From: an uncultured Clostridia bacterium
Lineage (GTDB): Bacteria > Bacillota > Clostridia > TANB77 > CAG-508
Assembly (NCBI GenBank): GCA_944387405.1
Contig: CALXET010000003.1
Span: 143,758-207,757 of the forward strand
Direction of reading: 5' to 3'
Length of the DNA: 64,000 nt
Every line of letters starts with the position of its first letter. Within the stretch, counting starts at the first letter, position 1. The notes under the pieces are model-generated. The model was not told the DNA's origin, did no database searches, and was given only the letters and a program-made list of their open reading frames with translations. Shown here piece by piece: positions 1 to 8,607 of the stretch. A program made the position numbers and the translations under genes.

Positions 1-112
1 CTTCTTTTGCCTTATCATATATTTTTCTTACTTCTTCAAAACTTTCATATAAATCTTTTCCCATTCCTACTGTTTGAGCACCTTGTCCTGGAAATACAAA
101 TCCTAATTTCAT
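1..112 (-). CDS. fabD: Malonyl CoA-ACP transacylase, N-terminal fragment (the gene continues beyond the window start)
   Basis: Reverse translation from the ATG at 110-112 gives MKLGFVFPGQGAQTVGMGKDLYESFEEVRKIYDKAKE, which carries the FPGQGAQ acyltransferase signature. An RBS (GGAGGA) lies at 118-123. The gene sits downstream of fabH in the usual fabH-fabD order. Confidence 0.8.
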   Translation of the reverse strand, partial: MKLGFVFPGQGAQTVGMGKDLYESFEEVRKIYDKAKE

Positions 113-177
113 AATATCCTCCTGACTCTAATTTACTTTATTTTTATTAATTATTATTTTCTCTTGAATTTTTTAAA

Positions 178-1110
178 TTATATTTCTAGTAAAATACAAC
201 TAATATTTAATCCACCGCCATAACCTAGCAAAATTATTTTATCATTTTTATTAATTTTATTTTGATTAAAAATTTCGCTAAAAGCAATAGGTATACTTGC
301 ACAAAAAGTATTTCCTACATTAGATAAATTTGTATATACTTTTTCTTGAGGTATATTTAGCCTTTTGGAAATGCTATCTAATATTCTTTGATTAGATTGA
401 TGTGGAATAATATATTTAATATCATCGATATTTAATTTGTTCTCTTCTAATATTTCTTTTATTATTCTAACTGTTTCTGTCACAGCAAATTTATATATAG
501 CTGTTCCGTCCATATAAATTTTTTTATTTATATTATCACATGTTAGGATGTCTGAATTTTTAGAAATATTTCTTATCTTACTTTTATATAATTTATCTTT
601 GTTTTCATCTTCTTTACCTATAAGTATGCATCCAGCTCCATCTCCAAATAATATAGAAGTATTTATATCATCATCATTTATGTAATCTGACAATTTTTCT
701 ACTCCAATTACTAGTGCTTTTCTCGCTTCACCTAATTCTATATACTTTGCCGCAATATCAAAAGCATTTGGATATCCACCACATCCTGCTAAAATATCTA
801 AGCAAATACATTCATCTATGTCTAGTTTTTTTTGAATATAATGAGATATTCCTGGCATTAAATTATTTGTACTAGTAGTTGCTACAATAATTAAATCTAT
901 CTCATTAACATCTTCTAAATTTTTCACTATATTTTTGCATGAATTATATGCCATTAATTCTATCTTCTCATCTGCAAAAAATCTTGTTTTTATTCCTGTT
1001 CTCTTTTCAATCCAATTTTCATCTAATTTAAATTTTTTATTAAAATAATCATTATTTATCTTATTGTTTGGTAAATAACTATCGCTTGCCAAAACTTTTA
1101 TTGAATTCAT
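178..1110 (-). CDS. fabH: 3-oxoacyl-ACP synthase III (KAS III)
   Basis: 310 aa. The active-site Cys context AGCGGYPNAFD and the C-terminal NVGNTFCASIPIAF...LLGYGGGL motif are typical of FabH. The gene is adjacent to fabD. Confidence 0.9.
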   Translation of the reverse strand: MNSIKVLASDSYLPNNKINNDYFNKKFKLDENWIEKRTGIKTRFFADEKIELMAYNSCKNIVKNLEDVNEIDLIIVATTSTNNLMPGISHYIQKKLDIDECICLDILAGCGGYPNAFDIAAKYIELGEARKALVIGVEKLSDYINDDDINTSILFGDGAGCILIGKEDENKDKLYKSKIRNISKNSDILTCDNINKKIYMDGTAIYKFAVTETVRIIKEILEENKLNIDDIKYIIPHQSNQRILDSISKRLNIPQEKVYTNLSNVGNTFCASIPIAFSEIFNQNKINKNDKIILLGYGGGLNISCILLEI

Positions 1111-1171
1111 AAAATTTATCTCCTATACACTAGTACATATTTTATATTTTTTTGCTAAAAATTTCATTAGT

Positions 1172-1183
1172 CTGACTGGTCAG
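1172..1183. promoter_or_regulatory. Perfect 12-bp palindrome (CTGACTGGTCAG, with TAGT/TT flanks) about 60 bp upstream of the fabH start. It is a candidate operator for a fatty-acid-synthesis repressor of the FapR/FabT type.
   Basis: The inverted repeat ctgac-tg-gtcag is visible in the fabH 5' region. No regulator gene is present in the window, so the family is not assigned. Confidence 0.3.
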
Positions 1184-1293
1184 TTTTGTTTTGGGAAATT
1201 TAAACTAAATTTTAATCTATATATAAAAATGATTCTTTCTATTATAATATTTTTTTCATAAAAAGAACCATTTTTAATATTTTTTATCTATTA

Positions 1294-1860
1294 TTAAAAT
1301 TCACTATCTATTTCATTTATTATATTAATTAACACTTTTTCTATGTCTTCTTTTCTATTTGTTTCCTTATACATAGAAGTTGCTATATCCACTATTTCTT
1401 CATCAAAAACATCTTGATTTATATTAATTCCTATTCCTATATAAAGATTTTTTACTAGTTCACCTTTTACTTCTGTTTCTGTTAAAATGCCACAAACTTT
1501 TTTATTATTTATAATAATGTCATTTGGAACTTTTATATCTGCTGTAATATTATAAATATTTTTAATAACATGAATTATTTTTTCTGCTAATTTAATTGTC
1601 AAATATTCATATTCATTTACACTTTTATTTGGTTTTAAAACAATTGTAAAAGTTAGATTTTCATTTTTAGTAGAATACCATTTTTGATTTTTCGTTCCTA
1701 TTCCTTTTGTTTGATTATTCACTAAAATAACTGTACCACTATCAATATTATTAATATTTTCTTTTGCATAAATCTGAGTAGATGGCAATTCTTCAAAAAA
1801 TACTAGTTTGTTTATTGTTTTATTTTTGCTTATTTCTTTTTTTATTTCTTCAATATTCAT
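1294..1860 (-). CDS. Biotin/lipoate protein ligase family protein (BirA-like catalytic domain only, glycine-rich motif degenerate)
   Basis: 188 aa. The layout resembles the BPL_LplA_LipB catalytic domain. The motif KGIGTKNQKWYS stands in the position of the BirA GRGRxGRxW motif, and most of the arginines are replaced. Confidence 0.45.
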   Translation of the reverse strand: MNIEEIKKEISKNKTINKLVFFEELPSTQIYAKENINNIDSGTVILVNNQTKGIGTKNQKWYSTKNENLTFTIVLKPNKSVNEYEYLTIKLAEKIIHVIKNIYNITADIKVPNDIIINNKKVCGILTETEVKGELVKNLYIGIGININQDVFDEEIVDIATSMYKETNRKEDIEKVLINIINEIDSEF

Positions 1861-1892
1861 AATTTAATCTTCACCTTAATTTTATTTATTTA

Positions 1893-3656
1893 TTATTTTT
1901 TTAAATCTTCTAAATCTTCTTTAAATATATTAAATGATTCTTCATACAATTTTTCATCTAATGGATCTACTCCAGCTATTTTAAGTGATTCTACTGGGCT
2001 TTTTGTACATCCCAATTTTAAGAATTTAAAATAATTTTCAAGCTGTTTTTTATCATTATTTCTTAGTCTGTTTGCAATTACAGTAGCACAGCACATTCCT
2101 ATTGTATACTTATATACATAGTAATTATAATAAAAATGTGGTACTCCATAACAAGAATATTTTTCATACTCATGAAGTTTTACTTTTCCGCCGTAATATT
2201 CATTAATTAATTTTTCATATAAAGATGTAATTACTTCACTAGAAAGTCCTTCATTATTTTCTACCATTTTATGAAGTTTATCTTCAAAGTTTGCAAAAAA
2301 TGGTTGTCTATAACAAGTTCCAACAAATTCATCTAACTTTTTATACAATAAATATTTTTTCTCATCATCTGATGCAGCATTATCTATTAAATATTTCATC
2401 AGAAGCATTTCATTTGTCGTTGAAGCTACTTCTGCAACAAATATCCTATAATCACTATCTACATATGATTGATTATTATGAGCTAAATATGAATGAACAG
2501 AATGACCAAGTTCATGTATCATAGTAAATACTGAATCCAAATCTCCTGTAAAGCTCATTAAAATATATGGTCTTGTGTCATAACATCCACTAGAATATGC
2601 ACCATGTCTTTTTCCTTCATGAGGCATATAATCAATCCATCTTTCATTTTTTGCTTTTTCTAATATTTCTCTATATTCAGGTCCATATACTTCAGTAACT
2701 TTGAATATCAAATCCCATGCTTCATCTATTGTGAATTTTCTAGACTCTTTTTCTTTTACTGCTGGGTATCTTACATCATATGAATCAAGTTTTTCTTTTC
2801 CAATTAGTTTTGCAGATAGTTCCATAAAATCTACAAAGTAATTATGATATTTTTTATTTGCAGTATCTAATATCATATAAAATAATTTCTCATCTACTTC
2901 ATCGCTAAATGTTGCAGCTTCTAAAGAATCCTTAAATTTTCTTACTTTAGAATAAAAAACATCTTTTTTTAAGTTTCCTTCCAATGTACATGCAAAAACA
3001 TTTTCTCTATTTTTATATTCTATTTTAATATTTTCATAAGCTTGTTTTCTTATACTTTCATCATCATTTTTATAAAATACTCTTGCTGTTTCTTCATTTA
3101 AAAACTCTTCTTTTCCGTTTACAATTACAGGTTTAAAATTAGGTCTTATATTTGTATATGTTTTGTAAGATGAATCTAAAGCTCCTCCAGCTAATGCTAA
3201 AACTTCCTCTACCTCATCAGATGCCATATGTGGTTTCATTCTTAAAGTATGTTTAATCATTCTTTCATATTCTTTAGCTTTATTATCTTTAACAAATTCT
3301 AAAACCTTTTCAGAATTTTTCAAAATCATTATACGTACAAATACAGTTTTATTATTATATTCTTCAATTAATCCTTGAACATTAGAATATAATCTCTGTT
3401 TTTCTCCATTTGTTGGTTCTGTATCTATACTTAAATGCGTATAAGTGTACATCTTTTCTAATTTTCTATCAATACTTTCTGAAAATTTCATAAAATTCAC
3501 AAATGAATCAACATCATTTAAAAAAGTATCTTTATATTTTTCTATATCTTTAATTTTATCTTTTACTTCACTAAAATCTTTGTCAAATTCTTCAGAATTT
3601 TGATATATATCTTCTATGCTCCATTTATACTTTTGCTCAATCTCTTCTCTTTTCAT
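1893..3656 (-). CDS. pepF: Oligoendopeptidase F (M3 family metallopeptidase)
   Basis: 587 aa. The HEXXH zinc motif is present in IHELGHSVHS, and the overall length and composition fit PepF/M3B. Confidence 0.9.
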   Translation of the reverse strand: MKREEIEQKYKWSIEDIYQNSEEFDKDFSEVKDKIKDIEKYKDTFLNDVDSFVNFMKFSESIDRKLEKMYTYTHLSIDTEPTNGEKQRLYSNVQGLIEEYNNKTVFVRIMILKNSEKVLEFVKDNKAKEYERMIKHTLRMKPHMASDEVEEVLALAGGALDSSYKTYTNIRPNFKPVIVNGKEEFLNEETARVFYKNDDESIRKQAYENIKIEYKNRENVFACTLEGNLKKDVFYSKVRKFKDSLEAATFSDEVDEKLFYMILDTANKKYHNYFVDFMELSAKLIGKEKLDSYDVRYPAVKEKESRKFTIDEAWDLIFKVTEVYGPEYREILEKAKNERWIDYMPHEGKRHGAYSSGCYDTRPYILMSFTGDLDSVFTMIHELGHSVHSYLAHNNQSYVDSDYRIFVAEVASTTNEMLLMKYLIDNAASDDEKKYLLYKKLDEFVGTCYRQPFFANFEDKLHKMVENNEGLSSEVITSLYEKLINEYYGGKVKLHEYEKYSCYGVPHFYYNYYVYKYTIGMCCATVIANRLRNNDKKQLENYFKFLKLGCTKSPVESLKIAGVDPLDEKLYEESFNIFKEDLEDLKK

Positions 3657-3782
3657 TTTATCCCTCCTAATAAATATTCTTAATCATTGTATCACAATTA
3701 TTCTAAATTTCATAATATTATCTAATATTTTTGAATATATATTAATATCTGTTATTTGTATTTTTTTATTTAGGAGGTTTTT

Positions 3783-3950
3783 ATGGAAAAAAATAATGAA
3801 TGGCCATTTGACATGCAAGACCCTTTTAACCCACTTTCACAATATGAACAAGGATATATGTATTATAAGTTTCTAACTCAACAAATAGAATATAAAATTA
3901 AATGTAAAGAATTAGAAAATTTAAATTATAATTCTAAAAAAGTTGGTTAA
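3783..3950 (+). CDS. Small hypothetical protein of 55 aa (MEKNNEWPFDMQDPFNPLSQYEQGYMYYKFLTQQIEYKIKCKELENLNYNSKKVG)
   Basis: A strong RBS AGGAGG lies 5 nt upstream of the ATG at 3783. The frame is open to the TAA at 3948-3950. It is followed 20 nt later by a palindromic terminator. It falls below the 60-aa cutoff of the ORF track. Confidence 0.35.
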   Translation: MEKNNEWPFDMQDPFNPLSQYEQGYMYYKFLTQQIEYKIKCKELENLNYNSKKVG

Positions 3951-3970
3951 ATATTTATAATACAAAAGAT

Positions 3971-3996
3971 CTAAGATAAGTTATAACTTACCTTAG
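3971..3996. terminator. Bidirectional intrinsic terminator hairpin (ctaagat-AAGTTATAACTT-accttag) followed by a T-run
   Basis: There is a perfect 12-nt core palindrome with extended arms and a T-rich tract on both sides. It sits just after the anti-sigma gene stop (minus strand) and after the 55-aa ORF (plus strand). Confidence 0.5.
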
Positions 3997-4019
3997 TTCT
4001 TTTATTATTTTTATAATTA

Positions 4020-6080
4020 TTATAATTCAATTTTATCTACTACTTTATATGTATCCATATCTATAATATTTATATTTGTATCTGCAAGTGTATATAAATA
4101 ATCACCAATATAAATTATTCTTCTTATTTCATCATTATATTTATATGATGAATTTTCTGATTTTATTTTTTCACTCTTTACTTTTATCTCTTCTATAAAT
4201 TTATTATTTTCTAAATCTACTTTAAATATAATTGCTCCATTAAATGTATCATCATAACTTTCATCAGAAATATTAGCTGGCAAAGCTAGCAACTCTTTTT
4301 CTTTTGAACATAGCACTGCTTTATGATTATTTAAAGCTTCTGAATATCCGTAGTTTTCCCCTAATATAGTATTAAATAATTCTTTTGGATTATTTAAATC
4401 ACTTACATCAAACATACTGATCTTGATACCTTTTGTTGTTACTGATCCATATTTAGTAACTTCTGTATTCATTCCTATACCAATTATATGAGTATCATCA
4501 TAAGGATGCAGATAGCTACTATATCCTGGAATTTTTAATTCTCCTTTAATTTCTGGATTTACTGGATCTTTCAAATCTATTACAAATAGTGGGTCTACTT
4601 GTTCAAATGTTACTACATATCCAATATCATTCATAAATCTAACTGAATATATTTTCTCTCCTTCTGCTAAACCTTTAAGACTTCCTACTTCTTTTAAATT
4701 CTCATCTAATATAAATACATTATTTACTGTATCATTTTTTTCATTATATCCTGTAGTCGCAATTCTAAAATATCCATTATATTCATCCATAGAAAATTGA
4801 TTTAATACTGTTCCATCTACTGTTCCTTTTCCTAAAAATTCTATATTATTATCTAGTAATTTAAATTTAAATATGTCAGTCTCTGAATTATAATCATAAG
4901 TTCCAAATACTCTACTGTATTGTGAATCATATTTTGCTTTTGTTACATATATATTATTTTCACTACAATAAATTTCATTCCCAAGTCCTAAAAATGTTTC
5001 CACATTTGCTTCTTCATTTTTATTAATATTTACAGCTGTAACTAATGTATATGAAGAATCTTCAGAACCTTTAATATAGTAAATATCTGTACATTCTATA
5101 GTCTTATAGTCATCTCCTGATATAGTATCTTTATATGTTGGAAGTTCTATCTCTACCTCTTGTTCTTCATAATTTCCAGTTACATCATTATATACATAAT
5201 TATACATGTTATTATATTTTTGTGAAATTATATATAAATTATCTTCTATCATTCTTGAATCTGTATAATCACCTACTGATATAACTTCTCTTTCTTTTTG
5301 TATATTATCTTTATTTTCTATATTATAAATCACAGCTACTGTCTCTGTTGTAGATTCTTTTTTCTCATCTTTATTGTTTACTCTTGTTTCCATTACAATT
5401 AATTTATTGTTGTATAAATACATTTCACTGGCATATAAATATTTATATCCTTCTTCATTAATATTAATTTCAGAAATAACTTTTCTTGAATCTACATCTA
5501 TTATTTTTATCACATTCTTATTTTCATAACTTTTTGTATTTGAATGATTTATTAGATAATAAATATATTTTCCATCTGTTTTTACAATATCTGCTTCATC
5601 TACATTTTCATGTTGTACATTTGTCTTAGAAAAATCTGTAGAGCTATTTGATTCTTCTTTTGTACTTTCTGTAGTTGTAGTAGCATCATTAATAATTACA
5701 CTTCCTTCTAGAGCAGAATTATAATATCTATCATTACTTGACGCATCTTTTATTATCTTTTCTAATTCTTCTATATTTTTAATTTTTTCTATACCAGCTT
5801 CTTGAAGGTCAGCTTTAGCTATTATTTCATGATTTTTAACTATATTTTGATTAAGATTTTCATTTTCTGTTTTATTTAATTTTAACTTATTAGTTGCTAT
5901 AAATGCTCCAGTAAGTATTACTACTAAACAAGCTGCACAAGAAATTAATCTTTTTAAAACTATTTTTGATTTATTATTTTTATTGTAATTTTCAATAGAG
6001 GCTTTTATGACTTTTTCTTTTAAATCTTCAGGAGCTTTTATTTCATTTACTTTTTTTATGTACTTTTCTTTATTATTCAT
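4020..6080 (-). CDS. Membrane-anchored anti-sigma factor with a large extracellular beta-propeller-like domain
   Basis: 686 aa. It has a short N-terminal cytoplasmic region, one TM helix (LISCAACLVVILTGAFIA), then a long Asn/Tyr-rich extracellular domain. Its start overlaps the stop of the ECF sigma gene by 8 nt, which suggests translational coupling. Confidence 0.55.
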   Translation of the reverse strand: MNNKEKYIKKVNEIKAPEDLKEKVIKASIENYNKNNKSKIVLKRLISCAACLVVILTGAFIATNKLKLNKTENENLNQNIVKNHEIIAKADLQEAGIEKIKNIEELEKIIKDASSNDRYYNSALEGSVIINDATTTTESTKEESNSSTDFSKTNVQHENVDEADIVKTDGKYIYYLINHSNTKSYENKNVIKIIDVDSRKVISEININEEGYKYLYASEMYLYNNKLIVMETRVNNKDEKKESTTETVAVIYNIENKDNIQKEREVISVGDYTDSRMIEDNLYIISQKYNNMYNYVYNDVTGNYEEQEVEIELPTYKDTISGDDYKTIECTDIYYIKGSEDSSYTLVTAVNINKNEEANVETFLGLGNEIYCSENNIYVTKAKYDSQYSRVFGTYDYNSETDIFKFKLLDNNIEFLGKGTVDGTVLNQFSMDEYNGYFRIATTGYNEKNDTVNNVFILDENLKEVGSLKGLAEGEKIYSVRFMNDIGYVVTFEQVDPLFVIDLKDPVNPEIKGELKIPGYSSYLHPYDDTHIIGIGMNTEVTKYGSVTTKGIKISMFDVSDLNNPKELFNTILGENYGYSEALNNHKAVLCSKEKELLALPANISDESYDDTFNGAIIFKVDLENNKFIEEIKVKSEKIKSENSSYKYNDEIRRIIYIGDYLYTLADTNINIIDMDTYKVVDKIEL

Positions 6081-6558
6081 CTTCGAATCCTCCTTTCAAT
6101 CTTTCTTTTAGGATTTCTCTTGCTCTATAAAGCCACGTCTTTACTGTACCTTCTTTTTTCGAAATAATCTTAGATATCTCATTTACCTTATAACCTTCAT
6201 AGTAATACAAGTAAATGACAAGTTGATAATCTTCTGGTAATTTTTTCACTTCTTCTAGTACATTATCCATATTTTCTATTTTCTCTTCTTCGTATTTTAT
6301 ATTTTCATCTAATTCAATATTTCTTTTGTTCCATGGAGCTTTAAGATAATTATTTGATGTATTTATTGTTACTCTTATAAGCCATGCTTTTTTGTGTTCT
6401 TCTGATTTAAATTTTGGAAGTTTTGAACTAAATTTTAAAAACACATCTTGATATATATCTTCAGCTATATCTTTTGTTTTTACTCTTGTAAGGGCAATTC
6501 TATATACCATATCAGAATACATATTAATTGTATTTACAATATAATCTTGACTAGTCAT
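6073..6558 (-). CDS. ECF-type RNA polymerase sigma factor (sigma-70 regions 2 and 4)
   Basis: 161 aa. Region 2 is DVFLKF...AWLIRVTIN. Region 4 contains the HTH EGYKVNEISKIISKKEGTVKTWLYRAREILKERL. Confidence 0.8.
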   Translation of the reverse strand: MTSQDYIVNTINMYSDMVYRIALTRVKTKDIAEDIYQDVFLKFSSKLPKFKSEEHKKAWLIRVTINTSNNYLKAPWNKRNIELDENIKYEEEKIENMDNVLEEVKKLPEDYQLVIYLYYYEGYKVNEISKIISKKEGTVKTWLYRAREILKERLKGGFEDE

Positions 6559-6799
6559 TTTTTACCTCCTTACTATTAATACAATCTATTTTAATCTTTG
6601 GTTTCAACTTTCTTTGTTTTCTTTCTATTTTTTAAATTTTACTTCTATTTTTTATTTTTTATTTTTAATTTTTAATTTGAAGCAATTTAAAATAAATTCA
6701 TAAATTAATAAATTCACAAAAAATAAAAGCATTATAAATTACTTTTCAGCAATCACTAATAAATTACTGTAAGTTTTTATAATGCTTATACAATATTTT

Positions 6800-8596
6800 T
6801 TATTCTTCCTCAGATTTATATTTTTCTTTCATTCTAACATATCCAAGCTCAATCCACTCATTGTATGCTAAATTCAATTTAAATAATAATTTAGGTTTAG
6901 CGCCTGCTCTGTTTTTATCTACTACGCAAACATAATATCTTAAATCTGGATCATCAGAATCTTCTAAATCATGACATTCTATAAATCTATCAGAATCAGA
7001 ATATTCATATTCAGAATAATTTCTTCTATGAATCTGCTTAAATAAAGAAAGTGTATCAAATACTTCTTTTACATTTTTACTTACAGATAAATCATTAATT
7101 GTTAAGTTTATAGGTAATGTAGTATTTTCTAATAACTGAAGTGATGCTCCAATAAATATATTAAATTTTTGTGTAAGTTCTGATAGTAAAGTAGCTGTTT
7201 TCTTAAGTTCTTCATAATTTCCAATATTATTTACATCTGTTTTTAATGTATCATAAAATACATATTCAATACCATCTTTATACATGTAGTTAGATATAAC
7301 TTCATGAAGGTCATTATTTGTATATTCTGTTAAATGAACAAAATATACAGAATTATCTATTTGCTCATTAACCCAATTTGTAACTTCCATAATTTGATTA
7401 AATTCTGAAGATTCTTCTGCTAATCTTTTTATAAAATCTGTATGTGATTCATTATCTAATTTCTTAATAAAACCTTGTTCATCTAATAAAACTTCTTTTG
7501 GATTGTCAGCTCTAAATTTAAATTCAAGTAATTCTCCTTCATTTTTTCTCATTACTTGTTTATGAAATTTTTGCATTTCCGGGTTATTAATAATAGTAGT
7601 AAGCAAACAAAGTCTCATTTTATCTTCAGTCATTTCGTTTGAAACTATTAAGACTTTTTTCTTATGCAAGAATGCAATATTTGCTGCTAAATTTACTGCG
7701 AACCTACTTTTACCAGCATTAGATGGCATAGCATATGCCATAATTTCACCTTTTCTAAATCCCTTAAAAACTTTAGTCATAATAGGAAATGGAGTTGGTA
7801 TACCTTCTCTTAATTGATTTTTATCATCAAGCCAGAATTTTGCTATATCTTTATTTAATACAGCTTGGCTTAATCTATTTGTTACATTTAATTGCTTTAT
7901 AGCCGCTTCAACTTCTTCTGCAGTCATATCTTTATATCTATCATAACTTTTGATTTCAAGAATCTTTTCTTGCATTACTCTTGTTGGAGCTTTCATATAA
8001 TTTTTCTTTAAAATAAATAATTTCTTTAATTCCCTATATATTAATTCAAAATCGTATTTTTGATCTAATGGAGCCTGTGCCATTGCATATTTTATATCAT
8101 ATAATTCTGGAATAGCTTTTGGAAAGTTAAACTCTTCTTTTAATTGTGGTGGGGCACTTTTTTCTCCTTCTTTGAAGATTACACTTTTATATAAATTCAT
8201 TATAATTATACTTGAAAAGAAACATGTGTCTTTCTCAAAATAATATTTTGATATTGCATTTGGTGTTCCATATAAAAGAGCAATATATAATGTTTCTAAT
8301 GTCATATTTTCAAGCTCTTTTGGAAATTCTATGTCTGGAATATCTTCTGGTATTCCAACATTTGACATCTCTTGAGCTTTTCTTTCTCTTTCCTCTAAAA
8401 CATTAATTTGACCTTGTATCTGATATATAAATTCATCTTTGTCAAATTCTTTTTCTTCTACTTCTTCTTTTTTTAACCTTTCAGCTTCTTCTTCAGCTTT
8501 TCCTTTATTCAATATTTTAGTAAGATTCATCTCTAGTTCTTTATATTTTCTTTGTTCTTCTGTTTCTTCTTCGTATCTCACTCTTACTTCCTCCAA
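6800..8596 (-). CDS. DnaB-family helicase C-terminal (RecA-like) domain protein with an uncharacterised charged N-terminal region of about 300 aa
   Basis: 598 aa. The Walker A resembles DnaB (GEIMAYAMPSNAGKS), the H2/Walker B motif is VLIVSNEMTEDKMRL, and the C-terminal VCVVDKNRAGAKP resembles the DnaB KNRNG motif. There is no DnaB N-terminal domain. The gene lies 11 nt downstream of pdp. Confidence 0.6.
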   Translation of the reverse strand: MEEVRVRYEEETEEQRKYKELEMNLTKILNKGKAEEEAERLKKEEVEEKEFDKDEFIYQIQGQINVLEERERKAQEMSNVGIPEDIPDIEFPKELENMTLETLYIALLYGTPNAISKYYFEKDTCFFSSIIIMNLYKSVIFKEGEKSAPPQLKEEFNFPKAIPELYDIKYAMAQAPLDQKYDFELIYRELKKLFILKKNYMKAPTRVMQEKILEIKSYDRYKDMTAEEVEAAIKQLNVTNRLSQAVLNKDIAKFWLDDKNQLREGIPTPFPIMTKVFKGFRKGEIMAYAMPSNAGKSRFAVNLAANIAFLHKKKVLIVSNEMTEDKMRLCLLTTIINNPEMQKFHKQVMRKNEGELLEFKFRADNPKEVLLDEQGFIKKLDNESHTDFIKRLAEESSEFNQIMEVTNWVNEQIDNSVYFVHLTEYTNNDLHEVISNYMYKDGIEYVFYDTLKTDVNNIGNYEELKKTATLLSELTQKFNIFIGASLQLLENTTLPINLTINDLSVSKNVKEVFDTLSLFKQIHRRNYSEYEYSDSDRFIECHDLEDSDDPDLRYYVCVVDKNRAGAKPKLLFKLNLAYNEWIELGYVRMKEKYKSEEE

Positions 8597-8607
8597 TATA
8601 TAAAAAA

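Noticed and set aside
6728-6784. 10-bp inverted repeat gcattataaa…tttataatgc downstream of the DnaB-like gene
   Set aside because: The 37-nt loop and AT-only stem make a stable terminator unlikely. It is noted only as part of the repetitive intergenic region.
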